Assembly (NCBI GenBank): GCA_012839805.1
Contig: DUMU01000033.1
Location: forward strand, 309 to 64,308
Direction: 5' to 3'
From: Bacillota bacterium
Lineage (GTDB): Bacteria > Bacillota > Limnochordia > Limnochordales > DUMU01
Length of the DNA stretch: 64,000 bases
Every line of letters starts with the position of its first letter. Position 1 is the first letter of the stretch. Under the pieces are notes generated by a model that did not search any database, had not been told where the DNA came from, and saw only the letters and a program-made list of their open reading frames with translations. Of the stretch, positions 56,192 to 64,000 are shown piece by piece. The translations under genes were made by a program, and so were the position numbers.

Positions 56192-56709
56192 AAGTAGTCC
56201 TCCCGTGTTCGGTCCACCATCGTCTCTGCCCGCACCTGCCGGCCTCCGGCCTGGCCCGGCCACCGGCACGGCCCGGCCAGGAGCACGACCCGGCGGCGAG
56301 CATAACCCGCCCGTGTGAACGGGTGAGTGCGCGATGGTAGCGTGCTGCTCACGTTGCGCCTTCGGACTACCGGCGAATGCGCACGGCAGAGAGCCTCCTT
56401 CCACGACCGGCCGAGTGCGGCCGGCAAAGCGCGCGTTTTGCGGGTCCATTTTAGGTGCTCTACCATGATGGTTGCAACGAGATCTGCCGGCCACGGGCCG
56501 GGTGTTTGGAGGCAATACGACCGGTGTTCGTAGTTCGTAAAGAGTGATGACGGTCACAGATCGCTCGGGACGGCCACGATATGTTCCAAGCGGAAGATCT
56601 TCCGCGCCGCAGGCGGCACCGGTCACGGCCGATAGTATTGGTGGGCGGGTACGTTGGGTGAACGCCCGGCGAGCGCGGGGCAGGAACAGAAAAGGAAGGG
56701 GGAGCGGTT

Positions 56710-57795
56710 ATGAGAGTTCAGAAGCGATCGGCATGGATGCTGGTGGGTACGGTAGCAGTGGTGGCGGTACTGGTGCTGGCCGGCCCCGGCGTGTGGGCAC
56801 GAGGAAGTCTGGGCTTGGGGCTCGGTCCGGACTCGGGCGGTTTGCACCTGTCAGCCGCCGGTGAAGCCGGCGTCAAAGTGGCGGGCCAGGCCGGGCGCGG
56901 GGCCGAGCACGGAGGTGGAAGCGGTCAGGGCAGCGGTCGGGACGACGACCGTGGCCGTGACCCGGGCGCCGGCAGTGGCTCGGGCGATACCAATGGGCCC
57001 GGTGGGCAGGACGATGACGACGACCATGGCCGGGGAGCTGGCCCAGGCAATTCCCGGGACGACGAACTCGGGGGCGATCATGATCAAAACCGCGACCGGG
57101 ATGGCTCCGAAGACAACGGCCAGGCCGATGACGGCGAAGACGAACAGAACGACGGGGACAACGACCAGGTCGATAACGGCGAAGACGAGCAGAACGATCA
57201 GAACCAAGACCAGGACCAGACTTCACCGGATCGCGAACGAGACCGTGAGCGTGACCGTGAACGTGATCAAAACCGTGATCGTGACCAAGAGCAAAACCGT
57301 GACCAGGAGCGCGAGCGTGACCGGGACCGCGAGCACCAGCCCGGCGACAAACCTGTACGTGGCCGGGTCGACCTGTCCTTCACCCCTGGTCCACCGCCCG
57401 GCCAGAACCGCGGTGAGGAGCCCGGGCGCGACCATGGCCAAGGCCAGGGCCAGGTCGGCACCATCGTGGTGAGCGACGGCCAGGTCCAAGCCTCCGTCCA
57501 GCTCCGTATTGACCTCGCGGCCCAGCTCCATAGCTCCCTGCAACTCGCCCTCAAGCAAGGTTACGATTATGGCTGGGCCGTTCAGCTTCTCCAGCAGTTC
57601 AACGCGAGCATTGCTGCTGGCTTGGACGTCGAGCTGGCCGTGGAGATCGTCAAGGCCGGTGTCCAGGAGCGGGCCGAACCGGCCGAGATTCTGGAGCGAC
57701 TGCGCAAGGCCACTCCACTGCCCCCGGAGCAATCGCCACCGCCCTCCGAAGGGGCGCCAGAAACCACTCCAAGCGCCGGGACAGGAACTCTGTAG
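56710..57795 (+). CDS. secreted protein with extreme Asp/Glu/Arg/Asn/Gln low-complexity repeats and a structured C-terminal domain
   Basis: Signal peptide MRVQKRSAWMLVGTVAVVAVLVLAGPGVWA. Repeats DGEDEQNDGDNDQVDNGEDEQNDQNQDQDQ and DRERDRERDRERDQNRDRDQEQNRDQERERDRDRE. SD AAAAGGAAGGGGGAG. Confidence 0.6.
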   Translation: MRVQKRSAWMLVGTVAVVAVLVLAGPGVWARGSLGLGLGPDSGGLHLSAAGEAGVKVAGQAGRGAEHGGGSGQGSGRDDDRGRDPGAGSGSGDTNGPGGQDDDDDHGRGAGPGNSRDDELGGDHDQNRDRDGSEDNGQADDGEDEQNDGDNDQVDNGEDEQNDQNQDQDQTSPDRERDRERDRERDQNRDRDQEQNRDQERERDRDREHQPGDKPVRGRVDLSFTPGPPPGQNRGEEPGRDHGQGQGQVGTIVVSDGQVQASVQLRIDLAAQLHSSLQLALKQGYDYGWAVQLLQQFNASIAAGLDVELAVEIVKAGVQERAEPAEILERLRKATPLPPEQSPPPSEGAPETTPSAGTGTL

Positions 57796-57882
57796 CCAGG
57801 AAGCCGGGGGTCGGAACGCCGCGGAGCCGGAGCGCTGAGGTAAAGAACGCTGAGGGTAGGAACACCGAGGCCACAGACGGAG

Positions 57883-57915
57883 GAAGCGGGGAGGTCCTGT
57901 CTCCCCGCTTCTTCC
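57883..57915. terminator. hairpin between convergent genes (putative terminator)
   Basis: Stem GAAGCGGGGAG / CTCCCCGCTTC with a 7-nt loop, followed by TTCC. Confidence 0.45.
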
Positions 57916-57990
57916 ATGTTCGGACTGCCATCATGGTCTGCTTCTGCCACCCTGGCTTGGAAAGCGCGCTTACCCTCTCGGGCGCGTGCG

Positions 57991-58803
57991 TCATTGCTGG
58001 ACCGCCGACTTCAGGAATGCTTTTACGACGGTGGAATCCCCGTAAAACACCAGTGGCACGAAGACCGAGGGGTTCTGCCACCCGTCGGCTGAGCCGCTGA
58101 GGATGATCTGGTTTTCGGTCTCGGTAGCGGCGTCGCTGTCCACGTCGTTCACCGCTACGTCGAAGCCGATCACCGCCCCCGGCTGGATGCTCACACCCAG
58201 GGCTGCCAGGGAGATGGCGGCCTCGAGTACATACCCGTATTCATCCCGCTTGGCCGCGACCTTTACCGCTGAAGAATCAAGGACCCTGCCGGCCACCTGG
58301 CCGTACAACACCCATGCCGGAGCGGCTGCTTCCGTACCGGGCGTAAACCCGAACTGCCAGGTATTCTCGTTGTACGTCGTGGCTTCTGCCGCGGGGTTGA
58401 AATCCAGGTATAGTTCCGGCCCGTCCCCGTTGTAGATGTACTGACCGCTGAAGTTCTGTATGACCCGATCATCCCACACATCGTAGGCGACGTAGAGGTA
58501 TTCATCATCATAAGCGACGTACACGATTGCGCTTAGATCTGTCCAATCAAGCCACTTGGCAGGGTCGTCGTACCCGGGCGTGAGCTGTGCCTGCTCATCC
58601 AAAAGAATGGCGTTTGCCTTGGCGAAAACCCAATCATCCAGCTCTCCGTCGATGACAATGGGCGAGGGAGCACGGGGAGCGAAAACCACGGGCTTTGAAA
58701 CATCCCCCGCGACCGCAATCCCGCTACCTCCCACTCCAATGCTCGCTAGGACCGCCAAGACCACCAAACCTCTCACCCAAGCCCGTTTCAACATACGGAA
58801 CAC
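57991..58803 (-). CDS. secreted CBM9-like (carbohydrate-binding family 9 / DOMON-like) protein
   Basis: Signal peptide. Motifs IVIDGELDDW, VYVAYDDEYLYVAYDVWDD and IGFDVAVNDVD are typical of CBM9_1-like modules. Confidence 0.6.
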   Translation of the reverse strand: MFRMLKRAWVRGLVVLAVLASIGVGGSGIAVAGDVSKPVVFAPRAPSPIVIDGELDDWVFAKANAILLDEQAQLTPGYDDPAKWLDWTDLSAIVYVAYDDEYLYVAYDVWDDRVIQNFSGQYIYNGDGPELYLDFNPAAEATTYNENTWQFGFTPGTEAAAPAWVLYGQVAGRVLDSSAVKVAAKRDEYGYVLEAAISLAALGVSIQPGAVIGFDVAVNDVDSDAATETENQIILSGSADGWQNPSVFVPLVFYGDSTVVKAFLKSAVQQ

Positions 58804-58911
58804 CCCTTTCCTCGCCCATCTTGGGCGTTCTTCCGGAGGTGGAACCCTCGGTTATGCTTCGTCCATGAACGGGAGTATCCTCCTTTCCTGGTGTCCGATG
58901 TACATCTTTTT

Positions 58912-60582
58912 CTAGGCGTCCGGATGACCCACCGCCCGGGCCAGCGGTTGCGACCTGGCCAGGGCCAACTCGATCAGATAGTCGATGAGGTCAGCAAAGG
59001 AGAAGCCGGCAACGGCGGCCGCTTTGGGAAAGTCGCTGTACCCTGGCCGCAATCCGGGCAAGGAGTTGAGCTCGAGCACATACGGCCGGCCGCCTTCGTC
59101 CACCCGAATGTCTACACGGGCGAAGTCCAGGCAGCCCAGGGCCTTGAAAGCTCCCACGGCCAGATCGGCCAGCCGCCGGGCGAGCTCGGCCGAGATCGGC
59201 GCCGGGCAGAGGGTTGGTACGGCATCTCCTGCTTTGATTGCATGGGAATACCAGCTCACTGGTGCGTGCCCTTGCCCGCGGGCGCCTCGGGGAAAGGCGA
59301 TCTCGACCACCGGCAGTGCCCGGGGTGGGTTGCCCATCACTCCCACGGTAAACTCTCTCCCCGGCACATACTGCTCCACCAGTGCCGGCGGGCCGAATTC
59401 GGACAGGAGGCGATGAAGCTGCGCTTGCAGTTCACCAGCCGAATGAACCACACTCTGCTCGTCGATGCCGCGGCTTGAACCTTCGGCCACCGGCTTGACG
59501 ATGAGGGGGTAGTCAAGGTCCGGCGGCAGTACCGGCGCCGGCCTGGTGGAAAAGACGAGGAAGCCTCGGGGCACGGGCAGCCCGTGCGCCTGCATGATCT
59601 GCTTGGCCGTAAACTTATTCAGCGCCAGGAAGTGGGTATGGGCCGAAGAGCCAACGATGGGAATGGGCTTTCCTAACCTGGCGGCGATTTCGGCGCTGAC
59701 TGCTTCTAGCCAGGCAGCCCCTTGTGCTTGCGTGAACTGCTTGCTCCCGCGGAAGTTGTTGAAGATGACGTCGGGGGCGAATTCGAGCAGCATCTGCCCG
59801 GCGTTCAAAGGGTCGAGCGGTACTGGGAGCACTTCGTAGCAACGAGACTGTTCTTCGCTCAGCGCCGCCGCGATGGCCCGACTCGTCGGGTCGACCGTTG
59901 CTCCCCCTAGCGAAGCCCCTCCGCAGCCGCCCTCTTGGGCGGCGAAGACAAGGGCGACTCGCACCCGATCTACAGCCGCGCGGCCACGAGCATGGCTACG
60001 GGTCTGACGAAGGTCGGCTTTCTTTCGTACCTTAACATATGGCGAGGTGGCTGCCTGAAGTAATGCAGCGTAACCCGGGCGGAAAGAAAGAACCGTTCCC
60101 GCCTCGATAGCTGCGGGGATTTCGTCGCTAAACTCTACCACCAGGTGATCGCTGGAGGCGCCGATGATCCTCACTCCGGGATCAAGCGGCCGCAGGTCAT
60201 CGACTTGCGTATCCTGATGCCCCATGGCCACCACCCCTAGCCGGTGTATTCCCGGCGCCAAGGGTTTCACTCGGCCAAAGAGGTTGTGGGTCGGAGCCTC
60301 GGCACCGGCGCCCGCGCCAAGGCCAGCACCCGCGCCCATTCCAGCGCTTGCCAGCCAGGTCTTGACTTCGATCAACGGAGCGCGGAGGACGGCCGTATCC
60401 TGGCGGAGGGCCGGGTGCGGCACCGAAGCGGGCGGAATCGTGCCGAGAAGGATTGCTTCGCCCACGCGGATCTGGGAAACCCCGCGGGGCAAGCTCCCAT
60501 CGAAGAGATACGGCACCAGACTCGAATTGCCCCCCGAGACGATCGGTTGCTTCCAGCTCAGTTGACGACCAGCTTCGTGCAC
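58912..60582 (-). CDS. fusion ORF: C-terminal half of a COG3457-type PLP amino-acid racemase joined to a D-alanine--D-alanine-ligase-like ATP-grasp enzyme
   Basis: The first approx. 190 aa carry SGGNSS, RVGEAILLG and GASSDHLVVEF. The rest carries RVALVF..., LNKFTAKQIMQAHGLPVP, PLIVKPVAEGSSRGI, EFTVGVMG and ARVDIRVDEGGRPYVLELNSLPGL. Confidence 0.6.
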   Translation of the reverse strand: MHEAGRQLSWKQPIVSGGNSSLVPYLFDGSLPRGVSQIRVGEAILLGTIPPASVPHPALRQDTAVLRAPLIEVKTWLASAGMGAGAGLGAGAGAEAPTHNLFGRVKPLAPGIHRLGVVAMGHQDTQVDDLRPLDPGVRIIGASSDHLVVEFSDEIPAAIEAGTVLSFRPGYAALLQAATSPYVKVRKKADLRQTRSHARGRAAVDRVRVALVFAAQEGGCGGASLGGATVDPTSRAIAAALSEEQSRCYEVLPVPLDPLNAGQMLLEFAPDVIFNNFRGSKQFTQAQGAAWLEAVSAEIAARLGKPIPIVGSSAHTHFLALNKFTAKQIMQAHGLPVPRGFLVFSTRPAPVLPPDLDYPLIVKPVAEGSSRGIDEQSVVHSAGELQAQLHRLLSEFGPPALVEQYVPGREFTVGVMGNPPRALPVVEIAFPRGARGQGHAPVSWYSHAIKAGDAVPTLCPAPISAELARRLADLAVGAFKALGCLDFARVDIRVDEGGRPYVLELNSLPGLRPGYSDFPKAAAVAGFSFADLIDYLIELALARSQPLARAVGHPDA

Positions 60583-60983
60583 TATTTGGATGAGATCTCG
60601 AAGGACGGATCGCGTAGGCTGAAGTCGGCCAGAGCAACCACCCGTTCGGCTTCAGCCACCAGGGGGGTGCGGATGAGCATGAACGGAACGGGGCAAGAGA
60701 AGCCGAGCAGGCGTCGCAGCCGTTCCAGGTTTTCCAGGCGGGAGTCGGCAAGGCCGTCGACCCCTTCCTCCACCAGCACCTTGGCCACGTCCGGGTCGGC
60801 GCAGACCCCTTTGACCACCGCGAAAACCCGAACCTCCCGGGGGTGAGCTGCGGCCATGATCCGGCGGGCGTTCTCCCTCATAGCTCCCAGATCGTAGACC
60901 AACTCCACCGCCAACATTACCGACCTCCTTTTGCCTTCTATGGGGAAATTAGCCATCCCGTTCTGGTGGTGTGCCCTGGACAT
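60582..60983 (-). pseudogene. N-terminal fragment of the same PLP racemase (Ala_racemase_N-like), separated from the rest by a frameshift
   Basis: PLP-lysine context FAVVKGVCADPDVAKVLVEEGVDGLADSRLENL. The TAG stop overlaps the GTG of the next ORF. The downstream frame is already open from about 60650 and reads ...TRSVLRDLIQIVHEAGRQ, which looks like the natural continuation. Confidence 0.5.
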
Positions 60984-61113
60984 GATCCCGTACTCTTTTC
61001 ATACCACGCGCTCGCTACCAAGGTGTGGTGAGGTCACGAGCACTATTCCGGTACGCTGGCTTGGCTACCAGGGCGGAGCAGGAGGGCGGCCTCCCGCCTG
61101 GCATACCGTGTGT

Positions 61114-62001
61114 TCAGAAATCAGGGCTTGACAGAGCCAAGATAAACGCTTCGAGTCGTCCCCACATCTCCTTTACCGCCACGGCGAGATGGCTGTCGGG
61201 AAACTCCACCACCGGTCTTCCCTGCCGGATGGCCGCGGTGGCGGTTGGATCATAAGGGAGGTAACCGATGATCGTTAGTCCTCGGGAATGACACTCGTTC
61301 TTGATGACGTCGGTCCCTTCTGAGTGCAGGTCGTACCGATTGATGCAGGCCACGGCCGGTACACGGAAGTGCTGGCAAAGGTCTAAAACGCGCTTTAGGT
61401 CATGAACTCCGGAAACCGTCGGTTCGGTAACCACCAGGGCCAGGTCAACTCCGCTCAAGGTCGCAATCACCGGGCAACCGATGCCGGGGGGGCCATCGGT
61501 CAGCACGAGGCCGGCCTCTTCCCGTTCGGCCACCTTACGGGCTCCTTGACGTATGAGCGTCACCAGCCGGCCCGAATTCTCTTCCCCCGGTTCCATTTGT
61601 GCGTGAACCATCGGACCATAACGCGTGCTCGAAATGAACCAGCGTCCCGAAAGCTCTTCGCGTAACGTGATCGCACCCACAGGGCAGACCCACTGGCAAA
61701 CCCCACATCCCTCACAGGAAAGAGGATCGACTTGCCCCGCGTGGATGGCGTCGAAGCGACAATAAGCTGCACACCGGCCGCACTGGAGGCAGCTCTCCGG
61801 ATCGACGAAGGCCTTATGCGAGGCCCGGAACTCGTGTACCTCCCGGAGCTCCGGGTGCAATAAAAGGTGGAGGTCGGGCGCGTCGACGTCGCAATCGGCC
61901 AGGACAAGCCGGTGACCGGCGGCAGCCAGGGAAGCAAGAGAAGCTACCAGGCTGGTCTTCCCCACGCCGCCCTTCCCGCTGATCACGGCAACTTCCTTCA
62001 T
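61114..62001 (-). CDS. MinD/ParA-superfamily P-loop ATPase with inserted 2x[4Fe-4S] ferredoxin domain
   Basis: P-loop SGKGGVGKTS and Cys clusters CLQCGRCAAYC and CEGCGVCQWVC are present. Confidence 0.85.
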   Translation of the reverse strand: MKEVAVISGKGGVGKTSLVASLASLAAAGHRLVLADCDVDAPDLHLLLHPELREVHEFRASHKAFVDPESCLQCGRCAAYCRFDAIHAGQVDPLSCEGCGVCQWVCPVGAITLREELSGRWFISSTRYGPMVHAQMEPGEENSGRLVTLIRQGARKVAEREEAGLVLTDGPPGIGCPVIATLSGVDLALVVTEPTVSGVHDLKRVLDLCQHFRVPAVACINRYDLHSEGTDVIKNECHSRGLTIIGYLPYDPTATAAIRQGRPVVEFPDSHLAVAVKEMWGRLEAFILALSSPDF

Positions 62002-62026
62002 CTGTTGCCCACCTTGCTCATTTCCA

Positions 62027-62893
62027 TCAGCCGGGATTCCTCTCCGCCAGCCTCACTATGTCATGAAAGAGCTGCCTGAACCCGACGGCCCACCTGGGAT
62101 CGGTCTGTACTAGGGGAATGCCTCGGGCGTAGCCTTCGGCAACGCGCCGGTCCTCCGGTATCTCCATCAGCACCTGCAGGTGGTTTTCATGGCAAAAGGC
62201 TTGAACCCTGGTGTCGTCGGGGCCGGCCCGGTTGATCACCACCGCGGCGGGAAGCTGCAGTTTCTGTACGACGGCGAACATCAGTGTCAGGTCGTGCAGC
62301 CCAAAGGGCGTGGGCTCGGTCACCAGAAGGCAGAAGTCGACTCCCTTCAAAGCCTGCACCACGGGACACGAGGTCCCCGGCGCAACATCGACGATTACTA
62401 CCCGCTGGTGGTCGGCCATCTTCTTCACTGCCCGCACTACCGGCAGTGCAAACGCCTCGCCCACGTTCAGGCGTCCCTGCACGAAAGAAATACTCCCGGC
62501 CGTCCCGGCTTCCACCGCGCCTAATGACCGCCCTACCTCTGAGATCGCTTGTTCAGGACAGGCGAGACTGCATGCTCCGCATCCGTGGCAGAGCTCGGCG
62601 AAGACCAGCACCTGGCCGGGAATCACGCTCAAGGCGTGTTGGGGGCAGACGTCAGCGCACAGACCGCAGCAGGTGCAGCGCTGGGGGTCTACCCGGGGTA
62701 CCGGGATTTCTACCACCACGCTGTGGTCGATACTAGGCCGGAGGAAGAGGTGAGCGTTTGGTTCCTCCACGTCGCAGTCGAGCAGCTGTACGGGCCGTTC
62801 ACCGGCGGTGGCCAGCGCCAGGTTGGTGGCTACGGTCGTCTTACCCGTACCACCCTTGCCGCTGGCCACCGCGATGATCATGTTCCCCTCCAT
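62027..62893 (-). CDS. MinD/ParA-superfamily P-loop ATPase with inserted 2x[4Fe-4S] ferredoxin domain (paralog)
   Basis: P-loop SGKGGTGKTT and Cys clusters CTCCGLCADVC and CHGCGACSLAC are present. Confidence 0.85.
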   Translation of the reverse strand: MEGNMIIAVASGKGGTGKTTVATNLALATAGERPVQLLDCDVEEPNAHLFLRPSIDHSVVVEIPVPRVDPQRCTCCGLCADVCPQHALSVIPGQVLVFAELCHGCGACSLACPEQAISEVGRSLGAVEAGTAGSISFVQGRLNVGEAFALPVVRAVKKMADHQRVVIVDVAPGTSCPVVQALKGVDFCLLVTEPTPFGLHDLTLMFAVVQKLQLPAAVVINRAGPDDTRVQAFCHENHLQVLMEIPEDRRVAEGYARGIPLVQTDPRWAVGFRQLFHDIVRLAERNPG

Positions 62894-62898
62894 GGCGC

Positions 62899-63237
62899 TT
62901 ACTTGCTCTCCAACTCGCCAAGCCTCTTATCTATGGCCTCGAGTTGCTTTTGGAGGGCGCCCTTCCAGGCCGTTAGCGCCTTTTTTTCGTCGTACTCCGG
63001 GTCCCCAGGTAGATAGCCGAATCCCCAGGCGTAGGGAGGCCAGGGGTAAGGAACAGACCCCCAGAGTCTTGCCCGTCGCCAGAAAAAGCGCCAGCCTCCT
63101 CCCCGGCCCAATCCAGCTCCCGGCCAGCCGTGAGCAAAGCCCGGCAGTGGAAAACCGGCGCAGTAGCCGGCGGCTCTACCGGTCATGGGCCCGAGTCCGA
63201 GCGGCCCGGTGCGATCTCCCCAAGGCACATGGTTCAC
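62899..63237 (-). CDS. DUF5320-family protein
   Basis: Sequence GDRTGPLGLGPMTGRAAGYCAG followed by a C-terminal coiled-coil tail (KGALQKQLEAIDKRLGELE). Typical of DUF5320 as I recall it. Confidence 0.7.
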   Translation of the reverse strand: MNHVPWGDRTGPLGLGPMTGRAAGYCAGFPLPGFAHGWPGAGLGRGGGWRFFWRRARLWGSVPYPWPPYAWGFGYLPGDPEYDEKKALTAWKGALQKQLEAIDKRLGELESK

Positions 63238-63254
63238 CCCCTTTCTCCGTCTGG

Positions 63255-63608
63255 CTAATTGTGGTGGTCTTCTCCGTAAGGGTGATCACAGGTGCTCTCA
63301 CCAAGAGGCAGTTGCCCGGCGAGAAAGGAGTTCACCACCTCGTCTGCCGGTCCCCGGGCTCCCACCACGGTCTGGATGCCTCGTTCCTCGAAGAGCGCCT
63401 GAGCTCGGGGACCCATCCCTCCGGCGATGACACAGCTGACTCCCATATCGCCCAAGTATCCGGGAATAAAGCCCGGCTGGTGCCCGGGATTGGGGAGTAC
63501 CTGCCGGCTTATGACCTTGTTACCACTCACGTCGTAGATGATGTACTCCGGACAGCGACCAAAATGCTGGGATACCATGCCACCGTCGGCAGCCACAGCG
63601 ATACGCAA
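63255..63608 (-). CDS. NifX/NifB-like (dinitrogenase iron-molybdenum cofactor biosynthesis domain) protein
   Basis: Sequence MRIAVAADGGMVSQHFGRCPEYIIYDV...VIAGGMGPRAQALFEERGIQ. Confidence 0.8.
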   Translation of the reverse strand: MRIAVAADGGMVSQHFGRCPEYIIYDVSGNKVISRQVLPNPGHQPGFIPGYLGDMGVSCVIAGGMGPRAQALFEERGIQTVVGARGPADEVVNSFLAGQLPLGESTCDHPYGEDHHN

Positions 63609-63609
63609 T

Positions 63610-63981
63610 TCAAGTCCTCCTTTTCCGGCTGTCGCCGGTCATAGTAGCCTCTGCTTGCTGCTCCAGTTGCCCGTGGACCAGCGCCTCCACCGCTTCGCGC
63701 ACCGTGCCCTCGCGGGCGACGTACACCCTGATACCGGCTTTCTGTAGTACGCTCGTAGCATGTGGACCCACGTTACCGGCCGCTACTGCTTGCACGTTGT
63801 TCCGGACCAGAAGTTGCGCCGCCTGGGCGCCGGCTCCGGTGGTAGAGGAGGCGGCTGGATTGGGAATGGCCTCGTACTCCATGGTCTCCACGTTCACCGT
63901 CACAAAAAAGGGGGCTCGACCGAAATGCGCGTGCACCGGTGAATCGAGCTCCTGACCGTGGGATGCTACCGCGACGATCAC
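63610..63981 (-). CDS. NifX/NifB-like (dinitrogenase iron-molybdenum cofactor biosynthesis domain) protein
   Basis: Sequence MIVAVASHGQELDSPVHAHFGRAPFFVTV...VAAGNVGPHATSVLQKAGIRVY. Confidence 0.8.
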   Translation of the reverse strand: MIVAVASHGQELDSPVHAHFGRAPFFVTVNVETMEYEAIPNPAASSTTGAGAQAAQLLVRNNVQAVAAGNVGPHATSVLQKAGIRVYVAREGTVREAVEALVHGQLEQQAEATMTGDSRKRRT

Positions 63982-64000
63982 CCATCTTCACCCCTACCGT

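Noticed and set aside
56192-56626. N-terminal 145-aa extension of the hflX ORF given by the track (start at 56626).
   Set aside because: The extension is Arg/Pro/Gly-rich and unlike HflX. The conserved HflX N-domain begins right after ATG 56191, which has a GGGAGGA SD at proper spacing.
1-64000. CRISPR arrays, tRNA or rRNA genes, transposases or IS elements, and prophage genes.
   Set aside because: I found no regularly spaced 25-40 bp direct repeats, no cloverleaf-like or rRNA-like conserved strings, and no DDE, serine or tyrosine recombinase-like ORFs on either strand. The CARF gene is therefore treated as orphan within this window.

Overview
This is a 64-kb chromosomal window from a high-GC genome (by eye about 65-70% over most of its length). 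The composition and gene content look like an endospore-forming Firmicute of the Symbiobacterium/Thermaerobacter/Limnochordia type; the taxon is inference only.

Gene content. Most of the window is housekeeping and transport.
- A division and translation block in Bacillus-like order: sepF-proC-ylmG(yggT)-ylmH-divIVA-[Ile T-box leader]-ileS-DUF5665-ylyA-like-lspA-rluD.
- A complete Liv-type branched-chain amino-acid ABC importer.
- A GntR-controlled sugar locus: BadF-type kinase, SIS protein, an 830-aa glycosidase-like protein, two CUT1 permeases and a binding protein.
- Sporulation-associated genes: a SpoIID/LytB-domain protein, tepA and ylzJ.
- Single genes including uppP, hflX, rlmD/rumA-like, an rsmB/F-like methyltransferase, an IDH-family dehydrogenase and a VIT1 transporter.
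- At the 3' end, a conserved but poorly understood cluster of two MinD-like 4Fe-4S ATPases, DUF5320 and two NifX/NifB-like proteins.

ORF track. Many long ORFs in the supplied track are alternative-frame or antisense artefacts of the high GC content and are not reported as genes. The 5' boundaries below were chosen from Shine-Dalgarno (SD) context and are approximate.

Main finding. The track cannot show the most interesting signal because of its minimum ORF length. An apparently empty 1-kb gap (52.2-53.05 kb) holds five tandem minus-strand genes for 25-29 aa paralogous hydrophobic peptides. Each has a near-consensus SD, and they form two terminator-bounded units.

Other points worth a second look:
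- an orphan stand-alone CARF-domain protein
- a secreted protein with a double-glycine-leader-like motif and a class-II-bacteriocin-like glycine-zipper tail, next to a small 2-TM protein
- an ABC ATPase with four catalytic motifs degenerate
- a frameshifted and internally shortened racemase fused to a Ddl-like ATP-grasp ligase
- four 17-bp palindromes with fixed 34-bp spacing upstream of uppP
- two membrane-protein genes that seem to need non-canonical start codons
- a lower-GC island at the 5' end

No rRNA, tRNA, CRISPR array or transposase was recognised.
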